Origin: Perkinsus chesapeaki ATCC PRA-425
Taxonomy: Eukaryota; Protista; Perkinsozoa
NCBI GenBank assembly: GCA_013115145.1
Contig: JAAPAO010000098.1
Location: 1 to 64,000 of the forward strand
Length of the DNA stretch: 64,000 nucleotides
Reading direction: 5' to 3'
Below the pieces are notes generated by a model that saw only the letters and a list, made by a program, of their open reading frames with translations, had not been told where the DNA came from and made no database searches. Shown here in pieces: positions 25,066 through 39,412 of this stretch (the stretch's first letter is position 1; each line of letters starts with the position of its first letter). The translations under genes and the position numbers were made by a program.

Positions 25066-28000
25066 TCAAAATGTGCCAATCGATTCTATCGAAAAACGAA
25101 AATCTTCACCAAATTGCGCAGCGAGCGGAGCGTAAACTTTCACGTCACACTTTGGTGCATGCGTGCAAACAGAGCGATCTAGGGAGGCTACGACTACATG
25201 CTTTATATCGTCTGATAACTCTTAGGTCTGGGGATCGAACCCGCGAACCTCCTACAGAATTTAATGAGGACTCGCCGAGATCAGTGCCTCAAGTGGCAAG
25301 ACTTGACAAAACGATCACGAAGAAGGTTTGTAACATTACAGTACGTTCTACACGTAGCGCTCCCAAGTTCGAAGGGTGGAACCTCGGTTCTCGAAAACAT
25401 CCGTGAAAAGTGTATCCTGCATATCTAACTGATTCATCTTTCCTCACCTTGTCCTCGAATGAGCCTTCCAACAACCATCTGTGAATGCCGTGAAGACTTT
25501 GTTGTATGAGCCGTGCCGTTGGCTCATCCTCCCCGCTTAAAGTTGGTAGATCATTCCACTGAAAGGAAAGACGAAAAGCTGAGCACACTTGAACGGCTCT
25601 TAGAGCGAATTTAAAATTCGTTCCAGCCGAGTTCTCGAGTCCCATATTGTGACATGCTTCGCTATTCAAGGTCCCCCCTCAAATTGAGAAAAACGCTTGG
25701 GGAAATAATCCGCATTTTATTCACTTTCGTCTATACACACAATCGAGGGAAATGAGAGAGTGGTACGATCACTCTAACAGTCGCGTAAACATAATCGAAG
25801 ACAACTTGACAATCTCACCTTCTCCTTCTCCATTGAAACAAATCGTTCGATAAGCGGCCAATACATGGAGTCAGTGAAGTAAGCCATAGCAGTCGAGTTC
25901 TTGGACAAGTAACTTGTACCAGCAACAATGTCACTGCGCCACGATATTCCTTCTCACCTCGTTCGAGTGGTACTCTCGTTTTCGATGAGGTCTATTAAAG
26001 TCGAGCCCAGAGAGTTAAATGCCGTTCGCGTCTCATCAGGTGCCCATGGATTCTCCACCTATGTAGGATCGTCATTTCTGATTGAAAAAGCGTAAAGAAG
26101 CTCCAACCTGCTCCAACGACGATGTGCATGCGGCCAGATCAGCGGCAGCCCAAGCTTGCAAAAGTACAGGCGACGCCGTCAAGCTTCGTATCTACCCACG
26201 AAACTTCCCAAACGCTTCGCCATGCCATCTCGGCTACCAGTTCATCCGAGGCGTCCTCACCAGCAGAGACCTCAACGTCGCTGACAGCCGCTAGATACTG
26301 GGAGAGATGATGAGCAAACAGCTGGGGGGAATCCAGTACGATCGGCCACCGACTTTCCCAGAAATAACTAAATTGAAGATAATAATCGGTAACCAGGACG
26401 GGAGCTTCTTACTCTCCTAATTTTTTGGCAAAGTTGAAATCGAGCTTTCTCCGAAGTTCGCTAGCGTTCTCCTGGCCAGCTTCGGCCAGCCATCGATCGA
26501 ACACCGTCTGGCAATGCTTCCAGATATCCACAAACCTCGCAATCGCCCACTCTGGCCGATCCAAGCGATTCGTACCTTCACAAAGATAACTGTAAACTCT
26601 ACGGCGCGAAGAGATCCGCCGCAAACATCGAGGTTCTAGGAATACGTATAGTTCCCGCAATCTAGAGGTCGAAACTGTTCAGTGCAAGGGCCCTCGACTA
26701 TGGCGAGTTTTGAGGTGAGATTTGGAATGTAAAAACCTATAACTATATTATTTTGGAAAGCTGGTTGCGCAGGCCGAACTCTCGGAAAGTCTCTAACGTA
26801 ACGAAAATGAGTCGAAATCGAATAATAATCGACACGGGAGGTAGAATTAATTTCGAAATGCCAAAAAATTCTGCACCGAAATTCATTTAAGATGATGTAG
26901 GAATACTCCACAATATGAAACTGCTAAACTAGGAGCGTTTACAGATGCGTGACAGAAGTCCCCGAATTCCCGCTGCGCCACAAAACTGCCCCACGAAACT
27001 GCCCAGTCTTACTTGCCCCTTCCCTCGCAAAATGATAGAGGAATCTTTGCTGCAATAATTTCTTCGTCAGAGCTTCAAACGACCAACAGCCGCCGTCGGA
27101 GGAGGGGGATCCTGAGCATTCAGATGGTCGAGTGATGGTGATGATAAAACGCAGGATCGTACGAGGACTTTTCCAGAACCGACAGTCGACTATTCTCTTC
27201 CTACCAATAAGTAGAAACCAACGCATCCCAAATCGCCATTCCTAGGACATTTAAATCAGATTTTTCCCGCCAGCCGAGACGACACAAACAAGCCGCACGA
27301 ATCCTTCTACCGAGGGGCTCCTCACCTGTCTTTAACACTTCACTATATACCTCCTGCAGCTGGTCTAATATAACCACCAAGCCAATAACATCTTTTCCTG
27401 TAACTGGTGGGGATCTAGGCCGACTCAGGGACTCCACTGTAACCGTTGACATCATCCATTCCCATGAACTCGTCACCAAATCCTGTCAGCAAGCAACGCC
27501 CCAAATACGTTCATAATTCCGCCGCTCTCGATAAGCACAGCTAACCACTCAAACGTGAATCCTATCGTACGCATGCGCACTGACAGTCTTTTCGGTGAAA
27601 ACCGAAAAAATACCGGAATTTTCGGTAAATTTAGTCAGTAGTGTTGGAGTACGAATATGTTACCGAGGGAAGGAATTCTTGATGAAATTTTACTCTGTTG
27701 GATTTTTGCATCTCCGACCATTGAAGACTGTCTCATATATGTCGATTCCGCGAGGTAGAGCCCAACCGAGAGAGGCAGCCGACGACACTGTTAGTCACAA
27801 TTTCCTTACCCTGGCAACTAATGCAGAAATGCTTGGACATACATTCCCTTCTATTTTCCGTATAATAGGCGGGAGCTTCGCGCTTCTCTCGCAGGGAACC
27901 CTTCAAGCTTCTAGCTTACCTCCAATTGACTATATGTGATATCTTTGCATTCAACTATCAAAATATCCACTCGCTTCGACACAACTGCTTCTATTCGAGG

Positions 28001-30080
28001 AGCCACACTTGCCGCTTGAGCAAGACATGGACGAGCTTGTGCCTGATAGTTGAATAATAGTCTATTACCCATGTCACGTAAGAACAGCTATGTCGAGATC
28101 AGACTGTTATTGCTACTAATGCTACTCGACTCTCCATAGGCTATAACATTTGTACTTATTAATCTCAACAACGTATAATAAACCTTATGTCGAGTGATAT
28201 TTCAATAATTTATAATTACGATTCTATAACCATTAGTTTCATCAATAAATTAACAGTTGTTCGATAGTCTATAACAGCTATTCACCCTACAGTCTTCAGA
28301 ATTCTCCCGCTATTTCCAGGAAAACTTTTAATAAAAGTTGCTTCGCTCCGCCCTGCTTCCCCCTACAATAAATGCGTCAATAATGCTCCTTTCCCTCTCA
28401 ACACTCTCAGGCGCCTTCAGCTGCTTCGGCACTTTCCTCATATCATCTGTTTTCGCTATTAATTTGGATGCCTATGAACTCCAAAATACTGTTTTTCCAT
28501 CAGTTTCTCCCCCTTACAGTATCAGTATAATCCACAGTTGCTATTGCCGAATCCATCGCCCGTCTAAGGCCGCTATCAGCTTGGATCCTCTCCGCCCTAG
28601 CTGCTGTCTTCTCCTCCACTTCCTGCCAATACCTAGATGCCATACCCGTATACTTCACCCGCCACCCACCATTTGCACATCTAACAAAGTCTTTCCCCTG
28701 AAAGTTAATCCAGAAATTTTCCAAAAATTACCCGAAATTTCGTAAAATTTTCCGGAACTTCCCACAGTGTTCACGGAATGCCGAGGAATCCCAAAAACAC
28801 ATCCGAATTCTATGACCTACTACCTCTGCAAGGCTTGACTAGCCGGCCCGATATCCTCATCGATAATTCTCGTAACGGTTTGGTATTCTCCTCCAGCATC
28901 CTTCTTGGCTCTACTTGTCATCTCATCCAGCTGCTCTTGAGCATCTTCGAGCTCAGATCTCTTTGCCGCAAGCTGATCTTCTAACGAAGCCTCTGATGGT
29001 GATGTCGAGGCCGATAACAAAGACAATCTGAGGATTAATACACCATCTCACCATCCACCTGGACGAAGAATATTCCCTAAAGACATGGCAGAGAGTTAGA
29101 AAGAAGGATATGTCCCAAATGCAACACATTCCTCTCAGTCCGGGAGGTCCCACAATTCTTCACCATCATGGTTCATTCTATCTCGGGAGTCTCCTCGATT
29201 TAGAACAACCGCTGTGAAATCTTCTAATGCTCGGTAGAATTTCCAGAATCTACCGCAACAGAAATTTTCAAAAGATTTTCCTTCCATATTCAGAATTTCT
29301 ACTGTAAATTTTTCCCGAATGCACAACCTCCACACTCCCTCCTAGGAAAAACTAGTCCGCTCGAACACAATCTGACTGTCCCATTTCTACATCTCAATAA
29401 ATCCTCACAGGATTCCACCAGCGCTACAAGCGTCAATATCTGCTCTATTTCTATTATTGCAATTATTGTATAGGTTGCTGGAAATTTGATTATCTTATAT
29501 CCAGCAAGCCCTCTCCGCTGCTCGTCATCTTGACAATGTCGATCCCCCAAGACCCGTAGTAGTTGTGGTAGTCATCACACAAATACACTATCGCCGAAAA
29601 GTCTCCAAATCCACATATTAATATATCAATTATTCAAATTGATTGATTCCCGCATCCCAGTTTTCCCCGACCCTCCCTCTCTTCAGTACACATCATCCTG
29701 ATAATGCCTAGTCCCTCTAATAACAGCCTTCTCTCTCATCCAGTTCCTTTTGCCTCCTTCAATCGCAGCGAATTTCGAACCAAGTTGCTCGGCTACCGCT
29801 GCTTTATTGGATTCGAATCTTTCACGGCTGTGAATGCGCCAGTCGACCTCCTCAGGAGAGGGCCTGAGAGCGAACTCGAATCAAAATCTGAAACTTGTTA
29901 CCCGCAGTGGTGGAATATTTCTCAGTCCTGCTCGGTCGTTCAGTTGGCCTCCATTTTAGCCCATCGTTTAACAGCTCTCCTCTGAAAATTTCGTCGATTT
30001 TCCCCAAATTTTTCCGATTTTTCCAAAACTTTCCCCGTTTTTCCCAAGCTCATCACCTCGTCGGCAACCACGCCTCCAGA
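25066..30080 (-). CDS. Large multi-exon hypothetical protein with coiled-coil segments (boundaries approximate; may be more than one gene)
   Basis: Series of open exon-like frames bounded by GT/AG, e.g. VAEQLGSKFAAIEGGKRNW, EDQLAAKRSELEDAQEQLDEM, RYWQEVEEKTAARAERIQ, ELVAEMAWRSVWEV, LSDDIKHVVVASLDR. Confidence 0.45.
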
Positions 30081-33000
30081 AACTCCTTAACAGTTTTATT
30101 AGATTGAACACGCGATTGCACCGCCGGCTTGGCCTTCTCTCCCCCTATATTCGTATGAGAGTCAAGGTACCGTGCCACAAACATAACCCGACTTGACAGG
30201 AAAAAAACTGACAATGGTCCATAAGATATTAATTCTATATATCAATATATAGCTTTTGCTATATAATATAATAACATCAACATACATAACATAGTCACAC
30301 GTAAGCCCTCTTTATAAAGTACTAAAGGTGTGTATTTCACGCATTCCTATAAACATGTACTGCATGATCTCATCGGGGTCCTCGAGAGACCGCATTCAAC
30401 TGTAAGTCACCTTGCGTCGAATCCTAGGTAATACGTAACGCCTCCCAGTCACGAGGGTAATACAGAGGAGCAATGCCGGCTTGGGTGACTTCCAGACCGA
30501 ATCACTACTGCTGACTCAAACACCAAACTGAAGAACACTGTGAAACTTGATAAGGAACTATACCGCAGAAATGATACATGCCGAGATCACAACGGACGAA
30601 CGCTTCCTTTAAGCTGGTGGAAACCTGGAAGAAATGGAGGCTTAACAAGATGGAAAGCTCCGATGCCGGGGGAATAATAAATGGTGAGCCACCCAAAGGG
30701 GATGTCCTTAGCAGTTTCGGCTGCTGGAAATCCTCAAGATCAAAATTCGTATTGTTCGTTCCGCGGTCGAAACGGTTTCCACCTTGCCCTTGCCGATGAC
30801 GAAATTGAGATGTCGAGGACCATTGCAGAGGAGCTAGGAACGTTTAGCAGGATTACAGAGAGACAGTCCCAGAGGCTGCCACCATTTACTACCATCGAGA
30901 TCCATGCCGAATTTCCTGAATTTCTTGTCATAGTAGGTGACATCATCCAACAGAGACACCTGAGGAGCACCTCACATGAGCCGTATTCCCCACAGACCAA
31001 CCCCTCCGTGTCGAACAGCATGGCGGAATATCTTCATTATTTCCTTGCCCTTCTGAAGCGGCACCTGACATCAGCTTTGACCAGCGAATGAAGACGCTCT
31101 GACTACTTCCTGTCCCTCTCGACATTGCGGAAGGGGCTGAGGCTCCCTATTGGACGGGCAATGTGCCATTTGGACCAGAAGATGCTCTAGCCTGGTGTTC
31201 GGTATGTCATGGACGAATCTAAGTAAGCGAATTCAGACAAGTGGCCAACGGTATCCGACTAGCAGTTGGATATGACCGAGCGACTGGTAGATAAACGTAA
31301 ATCACCGGTAGGAAGTACTTCATACTTGTACTGGATACTTCTTTCAGTTTGAAAAGTCTTCCATCTTTCCTTCCCTATATTACATCCATTTAAGCATGAT
31401 AGCTCCCCTCCTCACAATGCCATCCGGCCACCTTAAAGATACACTCTCATTGACTCCTATTAACTGGCACATCTGATACCAACATTTCTCCACAAAACTG
31501 CCATACCTACCCCTAGAAACATCCCCGAGCCCGAGACCGAGAAAAATATATAAACTGGGGGAGACTCGGTGTCCGCTGCCGCACACGATGGATGGCCCAT
31601 TAGGGCTTTTTTAAGCTGCGAGAGAAACTCCAGCGATGACGGGGACCAAACGCCGAACCTGACCAGATCGTATTGAGCGGCTTATTGAGGTGTTCGGGGC
31701 GCGAGATGAACTTGCTGGAAATTATCCTAGTATTTGGAAACCACTTAAATTGGTTTTTTACACAGACTTATCTGTACTTGCTGGTAAGAATGTTTCCAGG
31801 GAAATCTTTAAATGGTTCCACAGTGGAAGCATTTACCATTTACAGGATCCACTGGAACTTATTATTTATTAGTATTATAGATGCCTACAGTGGAACTTCC
31901 AGTTTAAGGGCCTACTTTCATTGCTCTGGCGGATGATTTGACGAGTCACCCGACTACTATGGAGAATGCTATAACCTTATAACATACGCTAGTAGAATCA
32001 TAGATTGTCTTAAACAGCTGATATATTGCAAAACGACATAAGAGGAAGGAGGAAGACTCCCGTTAGAGCTCATGCCCCATGCCACGGCCCTCCAATCCAT
32101 CTATTACCGTAATGCTATATAGACGTTCTCCTCGCAGTTTGATTTGCACACGAAAAACTTAGCAGCCTTCGGGTTAGCGTCGAACAGGTATGAATTGACG
32201 TATGAGAACTCCTCGGCAACAGTACTTGGCACAATCAATGAGACATCGCATCGACCAGAAGGCGAGCCGGAGCCGGTGGACGCCAGTGGTAATAAGGATT
32301 CCCGGAGCCGTTGGAGTCTAAGATACCGGAACCCTACCTGAATTCGACAGTAGAATGGAACGAGACAGAAGCTGCTACTCGACTAAGTCTCATTGTTGGA
32401 GCGGTCCCTTTACTGTCGGACTTCCCTGGTGATGTGTCGTCAGGTATCATCTACGATGGTTGGGATGTCGACAGGTTATAAGATGAAGGACGAAAAGACC
32501 CTGCATTATGGTTTGTAAATTCGACACGCTAAATACTGCTAGTGAGGGAATACGTTAAAACGCAACCGACAAGTGCTCCGAGAAACAGCATTAGGTAATG
32601 ATATGGAAATATTACTACTCAAGCACGGACTGCCGAAGCGATTGAATACATTCACCATGACAGTTGAAGATGGCTCTGAGACGCCACTAAGTGGTGCAAT
32701 ACAGTGGGTACTGTGCTAATGTACCACTGGACCGTCAGAGATGAGAACCTCTCGACGAGAGGCTCTCGTCGATCGAGCTGTGGTTGATGAACCGAGGGGG
32801 TAGGCTACCCCCTCGGTTAATCCCCGGGTAGCCAGGCCCTCCGGTAGGAGCATACCGCGCGTATATGGAAAATTCCCGCTCGAAAGCAGGCGTGCGCGGG
32901 ACATTGTTCCGCGACCGCAGCAAGGGAACTGCCATAACCGGCAAAATGTATTGAGATGCTTTAAGAAATCTTTTGTCGACTGTGTCTGTTTCAGTATTGA

Positions 33001-33960
33001 ATCTCTATTTCGAGAAATGATGCCGATTTTCATCATGATGATTGCTGCCCTACTGACAGCTTGCAACGAAGGCCTGGTAGCTCCCACTCCTCCAGACTAC
33101 TCCCGCAACACAAAGGCGGTCGAGGAAATGTCTAGGATGGAATTGGTGTGGGAGCTAATGCAGAAGCAGTTGGAACTGGATGAACTGCGGGAGAAATTCG
33201 AGGCCCTTGCTGGCTCTCGTAGTTCTCCAGAGGACAGTCCAGTTTCCTCTACGACTGCTTCTGCACCAGGCGCAGACGGCATGGAGCTCCGAGGAAGGTA
33301 CTCTAGGTTGTGTTAGCGAGTTCTTGTCATCTATGGTATTCAGGTATTGCTCGTCGGCTTGGCCTGCTGCCGGAGCTCCAGTGGTCGCCATTGTGATGAT
33401 ATTGGCGCTCATTTAATATTATAATTAAGTTATTATTGCATGATGAGATTTTTTGTATATAATTAGACTCGAGTAGGCAGCGTTGTGTTACAGTGCTTCT
33501 ATAGGTGGGCGGCCCACCGTGGGCCATAGACAAACGGCGATGTTAGTAGTCGAATGAAGACCCAGGCCCCAGGTCACCTTGGCCAGGTGTGAAATATACT
33601 GCCTCTACCGGCCATGGACCATCTATACGGCGAAACTATGTTCGATAGGCCGAACTATCGCGAGTAATTTCTTGGACGTCCACGGAGCCTCTACAACATG
33701 TTACTTTCGAGCAATGATCGCTTATCACGAAAAACCTAACTCGCAAGGAAATGGAGCAAATGATAAAGGTGACGGAGCTTCCGTGAAACCCAAACACATG
33801 CAGAACATCCTTCCACTTTTGTGAACCAAAGCTTAATATCGTAATATACTAGAAACTTTCGATTGTATCTTTAGGGAGACCATGTCTTCCCACAATTCAG
33901 ATAACAACAGTACATAAACACAGTGAACATTAACAAGGATACACTTTAAATTACACAACT

Positions 33961-35002
33961 TTACTCAGCCTTGGAATCGTGACCTCTCTTGGCCATACCT
34001 TCCTCAACAGCCTTCCTAATTACTCCAATCACCGACTCGGGATCGTTGGTCCTAGAAAATGAATTTCAAATAGAATACCACAAAGCGACCAACTCTACCT
34101 GAACACGGCACTTCCAGCAACAATAACATTGGCACCAGCGTCACCGGCTACCACGGACGTTGTGGAATTGAGGCCACCATCAACCGTGATGTCTGAAGGG
34201 GACTCGAATGCTACTTAAAAGAAGTTCTCAAAGCTACCTAGGGAATGACCGTATCGGTCACGAGCTTCCTCGACCTTCCCCATCATATCAGGCATGAACT
34301 TTTGGCCACCGAATCCAGGCTCGACGGTCATAACCTGAAATAAAAAATAGCAAGACGTAGAAAGGCGCTAAAATCTCACGAGAAGATCATCAATCATAAT
34401 CTCTTTGGCGTCATCTTTTCGTCCAATGTCAAGCACAGCCTGTACAGCGCTGAATGGCGTCTTCGGTTTAATAGCAATACCGACACGCATGCCTAAGGAT
34501 TAACAATGAAAGGCAAACAATGGTGAGAACGCAACCTACCGTGCGCGCGGATGGCCTGGCAAACCTTCACGCATTCCTCGTGATCCTTGACAGCTTCAAT
34601 ATGGAAATCAACCTATCGTGAAGGCATTACAGCGAGGAAAGGAGCCTTACTATCGCACCTGGTTGCAGCCACACTTCTTCAGGTCTTCGATCCATTCCAT
34701 GGGATTCGTCACCATTATGTGAGCGTCGAAAAACGGATGAGCATGGCCTGTCTGGGACTCTGAAAAATTGCAATATAAAAGTCGATATTTCCATCTATGT
34801 TACCTTGTTTCTTATAGTACTTATCGAGGCTCTCAACAACAGGGAAGCCGAACGACAGGTTCGGAACAAAGTGGCCGTCCATGAAATCTAGATGGAGCCA
34901 GTCTGCACCACCTTTAACGACCTCATCACAGTCCTTAGCGAGATTAGCAAAGTCAGCAGCGAGGACGCTGGGAGCAACAATAGCCTTGCAAGTTGATGAC
35001 AT
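33961..35002 (-). CDS. RPE: Ribulose-phosphate 3-epimerase, multi-exon
   Basis: [61 protein letters not shown] motifs. Confidence 0.95.
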
Positions 35003-35597
35003 TTTGGTAAATGATCTTTTCATACACTAATTTGAGGATCTAGCGACTGTGACAGAAATCACACAATAATGAGACAGTTAAGTCACATCGGAATGTCTAC
35101 GCCAAGATACGTCCGCTTAGCACTTCCTAGCGGACCGGAGAAGTTCGGTTTATGAGGTAATGGTTAAGAGCTTAGGATAATCATTGGGGTTTTGTTGACC
35201 AAACCGACTAAGATTGGCATTTCGGAATATTAGGAAAATGCTAGAATTGATAAGAGTTCAAGAATCAGCGCCAGCATGCGAAATTGGCCGGGATTGGACG
35301 GTGGTAGAAAGAGTTTGGAATAGACCATAAAGAGTCGGGCTATTATTGTTGGTATGCAGTTTATTATTACCTTGTAGTAGTAGCCTTCGCCGCCCTGTCA
35401 TCCTACTCGACGGATATAGCTAGAGGTGTCAGAAAGATACACCGTCCTGTGATAGTATGTAAAGACGCCACTGTTGGTCACAATTCGACATTTGATCCTA
35501 TCAAGTATACTAGCGAGATTGAGAAGGTCGTCTTTGAGGCTCTTGGGGAGAGTAATACCACTTCACACTAGCTAGGTTGGAGTCATTCCGAATTGAT

Positions 35598-35846
35598 TCT
35601 ACCTTACATCTATTCCGGGTCGATTTTACCTTACATCTATTCCGGGTCGATTTTACCTTATCTATTCCGGGTCGATTTTACCTTATCTATTCCGGGTCGA
35701 TTTTACCTTAATAAATCTATTCCGGGTCGATTTTACCTTAATAAATCTATTCCAGGTCGATTTTACCTTAATGAACCTATTCCGGGTCGATTTTACCTTA
35801 ATGAACCTATTCCGGGTCGATTTTACCTTAATAAATCCATTCCGGT
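35598..35846. repeat. Compound minisatellite with 27, 25 and 30-bp units
   Basis: Core TCTATTCCGGGTCGATTTTACCTTA with variable ACA / AATAAA / AATGAA inserts; CCGGGTCGA at 35615, 35642, 35667, 35692, 35722, 35782, 35812 (CCAGG variant at 35752). Confidence 0.95.
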
Positions 35847-36876
35847 ATATATTATTTATTATATAATATTATTTCACTTTGCTCAGTTTCGAATAGATTT
35901 AATCTTGTTAAATCATTCTCGAGTAGATTTCACCTTATTGAATAACTCAGTTTCGCATTGACTTTTCATCGTTAAATAAACCAGCCTAAAGTCCTAGTGT
36001 CGCATTCTGGAACCAATTGGCTGAACGTCGAGACTCTCTGACCAACCCATTACATGTCAAATGCTTTGTCTGCTCTTAAGGTAAGCCTTCGAGTCCCGGT
36101 ACCATATCACCGTATATTGACGGCAGCAGCCAAGTTGACTCCCTATTCGCATCTAGCTCATCATTGGCGACACTCAGCAGCAACGGCAGCAGTACAGTCA
36201 GGAACTGCCTTGGTGTTTATATACTTACCAGTCATCTGGAAGACCAAGAAGATAGAAAGATACTCTTGAAGGTCGAATGAGCACCTCTATTCGGCGCATC
36301 ATTTCAGATAGTTTAGGTTGTCCGAGCTCCCGACTATGAAGTTGATACCATTACGGCCACCGCTGAGGTCTACCCGAAGTTGCTGACCGATCCTCGATGC
36401 ACGGTACCATGGTGCATTATCGATGTTATATGTGATGATTATGACTGTCATGATGATGTGGAGGATGATGACGATGAAGATGTGACGGCACCTGTGACAG
36501 CGTTTCATATACATGTATCGAGGTGATAGAGGGAGGGGCTTGGGTAGCTTTGAAGAAGGGGAAGAACACTCTTCAGGAAGTGCAAAGTATCAATAAAGCA
36601 CTGAGAAATCTTAGTCGGGTAATTCGTCTTTTTGGTTAGGATCTTTCAACTTTGGTGTGATCCATTAATGCTCCTCACTAATGGAATCTAGGTCAAATCC
36701 TCGCGAAAGGATACGCGCATTTCGAAACTGCTGGTAGGAAAGTCTATCTCGAAAGAGAATACAAAGTAACCAGACTTTGGCGGACTAGTGGAGACCGAAT
36801 TATTAGTTTGGTAGTCGACGGTATCTGCCTGAGCAGCGTTGTTTCTATGCAACGCGCGCTTCAATGACAGTCCCCA

Positions 36877-39412
36877 ATGGAGACCCCCATGCGTTCGCGT
36901 AAACGCAAGTACCCCCATGCGGGTTCCGTAAAATCATTTTTGTTGTACGCAACTGTGAAATCGCCGTTGTGCCCATCTGTAAGTGTCATGCACTGCGATG
37001 GTACAAGTAAATTTTTCATGTGTTCTTCCACGGTAGGGGTAGAGCGGTTCAGTGTGTTTTCGGTATTACTCAATCCGCACAGGTTCGAATCCCAGTGCAG
37101 CGTACCTATGTCTGATCTTCTGATGAAGTGGTGGTTCCATACATCAGCCTTGGCGGACATAGCCCAGCTATGTGAAGTATTCGGTGCTTTCCTGGCAGCC
37201 TTCCACCATGATTATCCCAATCTAAATCACGGCGATATGAACCCTTCAAACGTTCTCGTTGGCGCTGCTACTGCTGCTGCTGCTTCGAAATCGGAGATGG
37301 TAGTCACGTGGGTGGGCTTTGGATCAAAGCCTTGGATACGCCCGATTCCGTAGACGTTTTAGGAAGTCTGATTCGCTTTACATTCGCACGGCTACTTTAA
37401 TATGCAATATTTTTAACAACGATGAAGTGACCAATTTCGTTGTTGCTGAAGCTTCGAAGTAGTTCTTACTGTAAGGTGGACTCAACGCTGGTCGAGTAGT
37501 GTGGAATATGAATATCGTATCAGTCCGAGAGGGACATCGAGCATTCGCAGAAGAATGCATCTCACCCATTTTTTTTCACCTGGGAAGATTTTTTTGGGGA
37601 AAAAATTAAATGAAAAATTTCATCATATCCTCTCAATGTTGTATTCCCATTCCATGCTCGAAAAAAGCGATTCCCCTTCGAGGAAGGCTGAAGCCCGGCG
37701 CCTATACTGAAATCTGGGCATGGTACATGAGTATTAGTGATGTACCATAGATGTCAACTTCAACGCTTAACCCATACGGTGCTACCGTACAAACGCTGGC
37801 CGAGCTGATCGGAATGAGTGACGAAACTGTAATGATACTATCATCATAGACTTTAATTTCAATCGATACAGTCATGCTATTTTGCAAGTCTAATGTTATT
37901 ATTCGTAAAATTCAATAAATTATATAAAGAGCAAACTTGCACAACGGTTTGGTTCACACTGTATGGGCCATTTAACGATTATTAATATTATTATAAGTAA
38001 TGTAATATCAGTAGTGATGCCTATCATTATTAGTGTAGATCTATCGAGTCGTTTTAGTGCCTTCTCTTTCTTATGCAGGCCCAATCGTCGAGTGTTGGAT
38101 ATGAATTTGTACTAGTAGATTGTGGAGGTATGGACACCGATGAAAGTTCGGGAGGATGGGCAGGTGATGCTGACACATTTAGAAGATCATTGAAGGAAAT
38201 GGGCATCTTGTATGGCAATCAATTTATCGCTTTAACGTGGGGATCATTTATGAAGGGATATCAGCAACAGCAGCAGCGACGTTAATGCATGGTATGATGG
38301 TGACAAGCGGAAGCTGGTCACTGGGTTTACTCCTTGCAAGCGTTGTGTTATAAGTGCTACGTGATTCTACAAAGGACAGGAAATGTCGGATGGTCATAGT
38401 AGTATTCTTTTTAATGGGGCCGACAATGAATGCAGATGATATGTTACTAGATGGGATGCTTTGTCCGATAAGTCAGCTGGTGATGAGGGATCCTGTCTGT
38501 AATAATAATAAGGGGATTTCGTTATACCACACTAGTGCATCTATAACGATCGTCCTCTGCTTCCTATGTCCCTTAACGATCTCCGAGGCTCCGTATGTTC
38601 CTGAGCAATCTCGAAGGGTCTATGATCTGGGTGTCAATAACTGCTCAACATACCAGAAAGTGTATGGTATGTCGAGCAGTAGAGTATATGACATCTACAT
38701 AAATATAGTTTTTCGACTGCTAGATTATTACAGTCTGTCAATCCAATCTCAACGTATCTTTCTCTACAGTAAATTCTACATAGTGCGCTTACGCTCCACT
38801 GTACCGATTTTAGCAATTAGGGATGTCTCATCTTGGGAGGGAATCACACGTTCACTTGGCACTCTCGAGTAGTGCTTGAAGTAGCTTGAAGGCTTAGCGC
38901 CGCCGCCGATGATGATACAAACGGGCGGTCGAGCTGGTGGACTTAAAACACTGTGCGTCTAATGAGGAATGCGTATTGCTGCCATTTGTAGACATGTGGT
39001 TGCAGATGAAATAAGTCTCCAAATTGGAGACTCCAATACGTGCAATGAATACGTACTTACTTTCGGAATTAGCATTCGTTCATTCACATATAGTAGGATG
39101 GTATACACCGTAGGTACAGTGGATGGTCATTCGTATGAGAGGTCAGCAATCGAAGCATGGTTTAATAATCAACATGCAGCTGGTTTAAGATACTCAAGTC
39201 CGATGACAGGGGAAGCATTGCCCACACCGACTCTTATACCTAATATCACTCTAAAACGTAATGGGTATCTTTGCGCACTAGAAATATTTCTGCTGCGGTC
39301 CTCAGGGGTAATTGATGATTTTTTGGATAAAAATCCGGAAGTTGAAAGGCTGATGGACTCGACTGCATCAGCGCCCCCAATGTACATGCAGGATGTAAAA
39401 CGGACTGGATAA
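36877..39412 (+). CDS. Kinase-like domain plus C-terminal U-box (E3 ligase) protein, multi-exon; 5' exons probably extend further upstream
   Basis: Catalytic-loop-like NHGDMNPSNVL; U-box MLCPISQLVMRDPV|CTVDGHSYERSAIEAWF...SPMTGEALPTPTLIPNITLK joined across a 615-nt intron (38499-39113). Linkage of the two domains in one gene is inferred. Confidence 0.7.

Noticed and set aside
32951-33316. ORF with signal-like N-terminus and short coiled coil as a secreted protein
   Set aside because: Overlapping ORFs on both strands are equally plausible, no family motif is present, and it sits in a degenerate region
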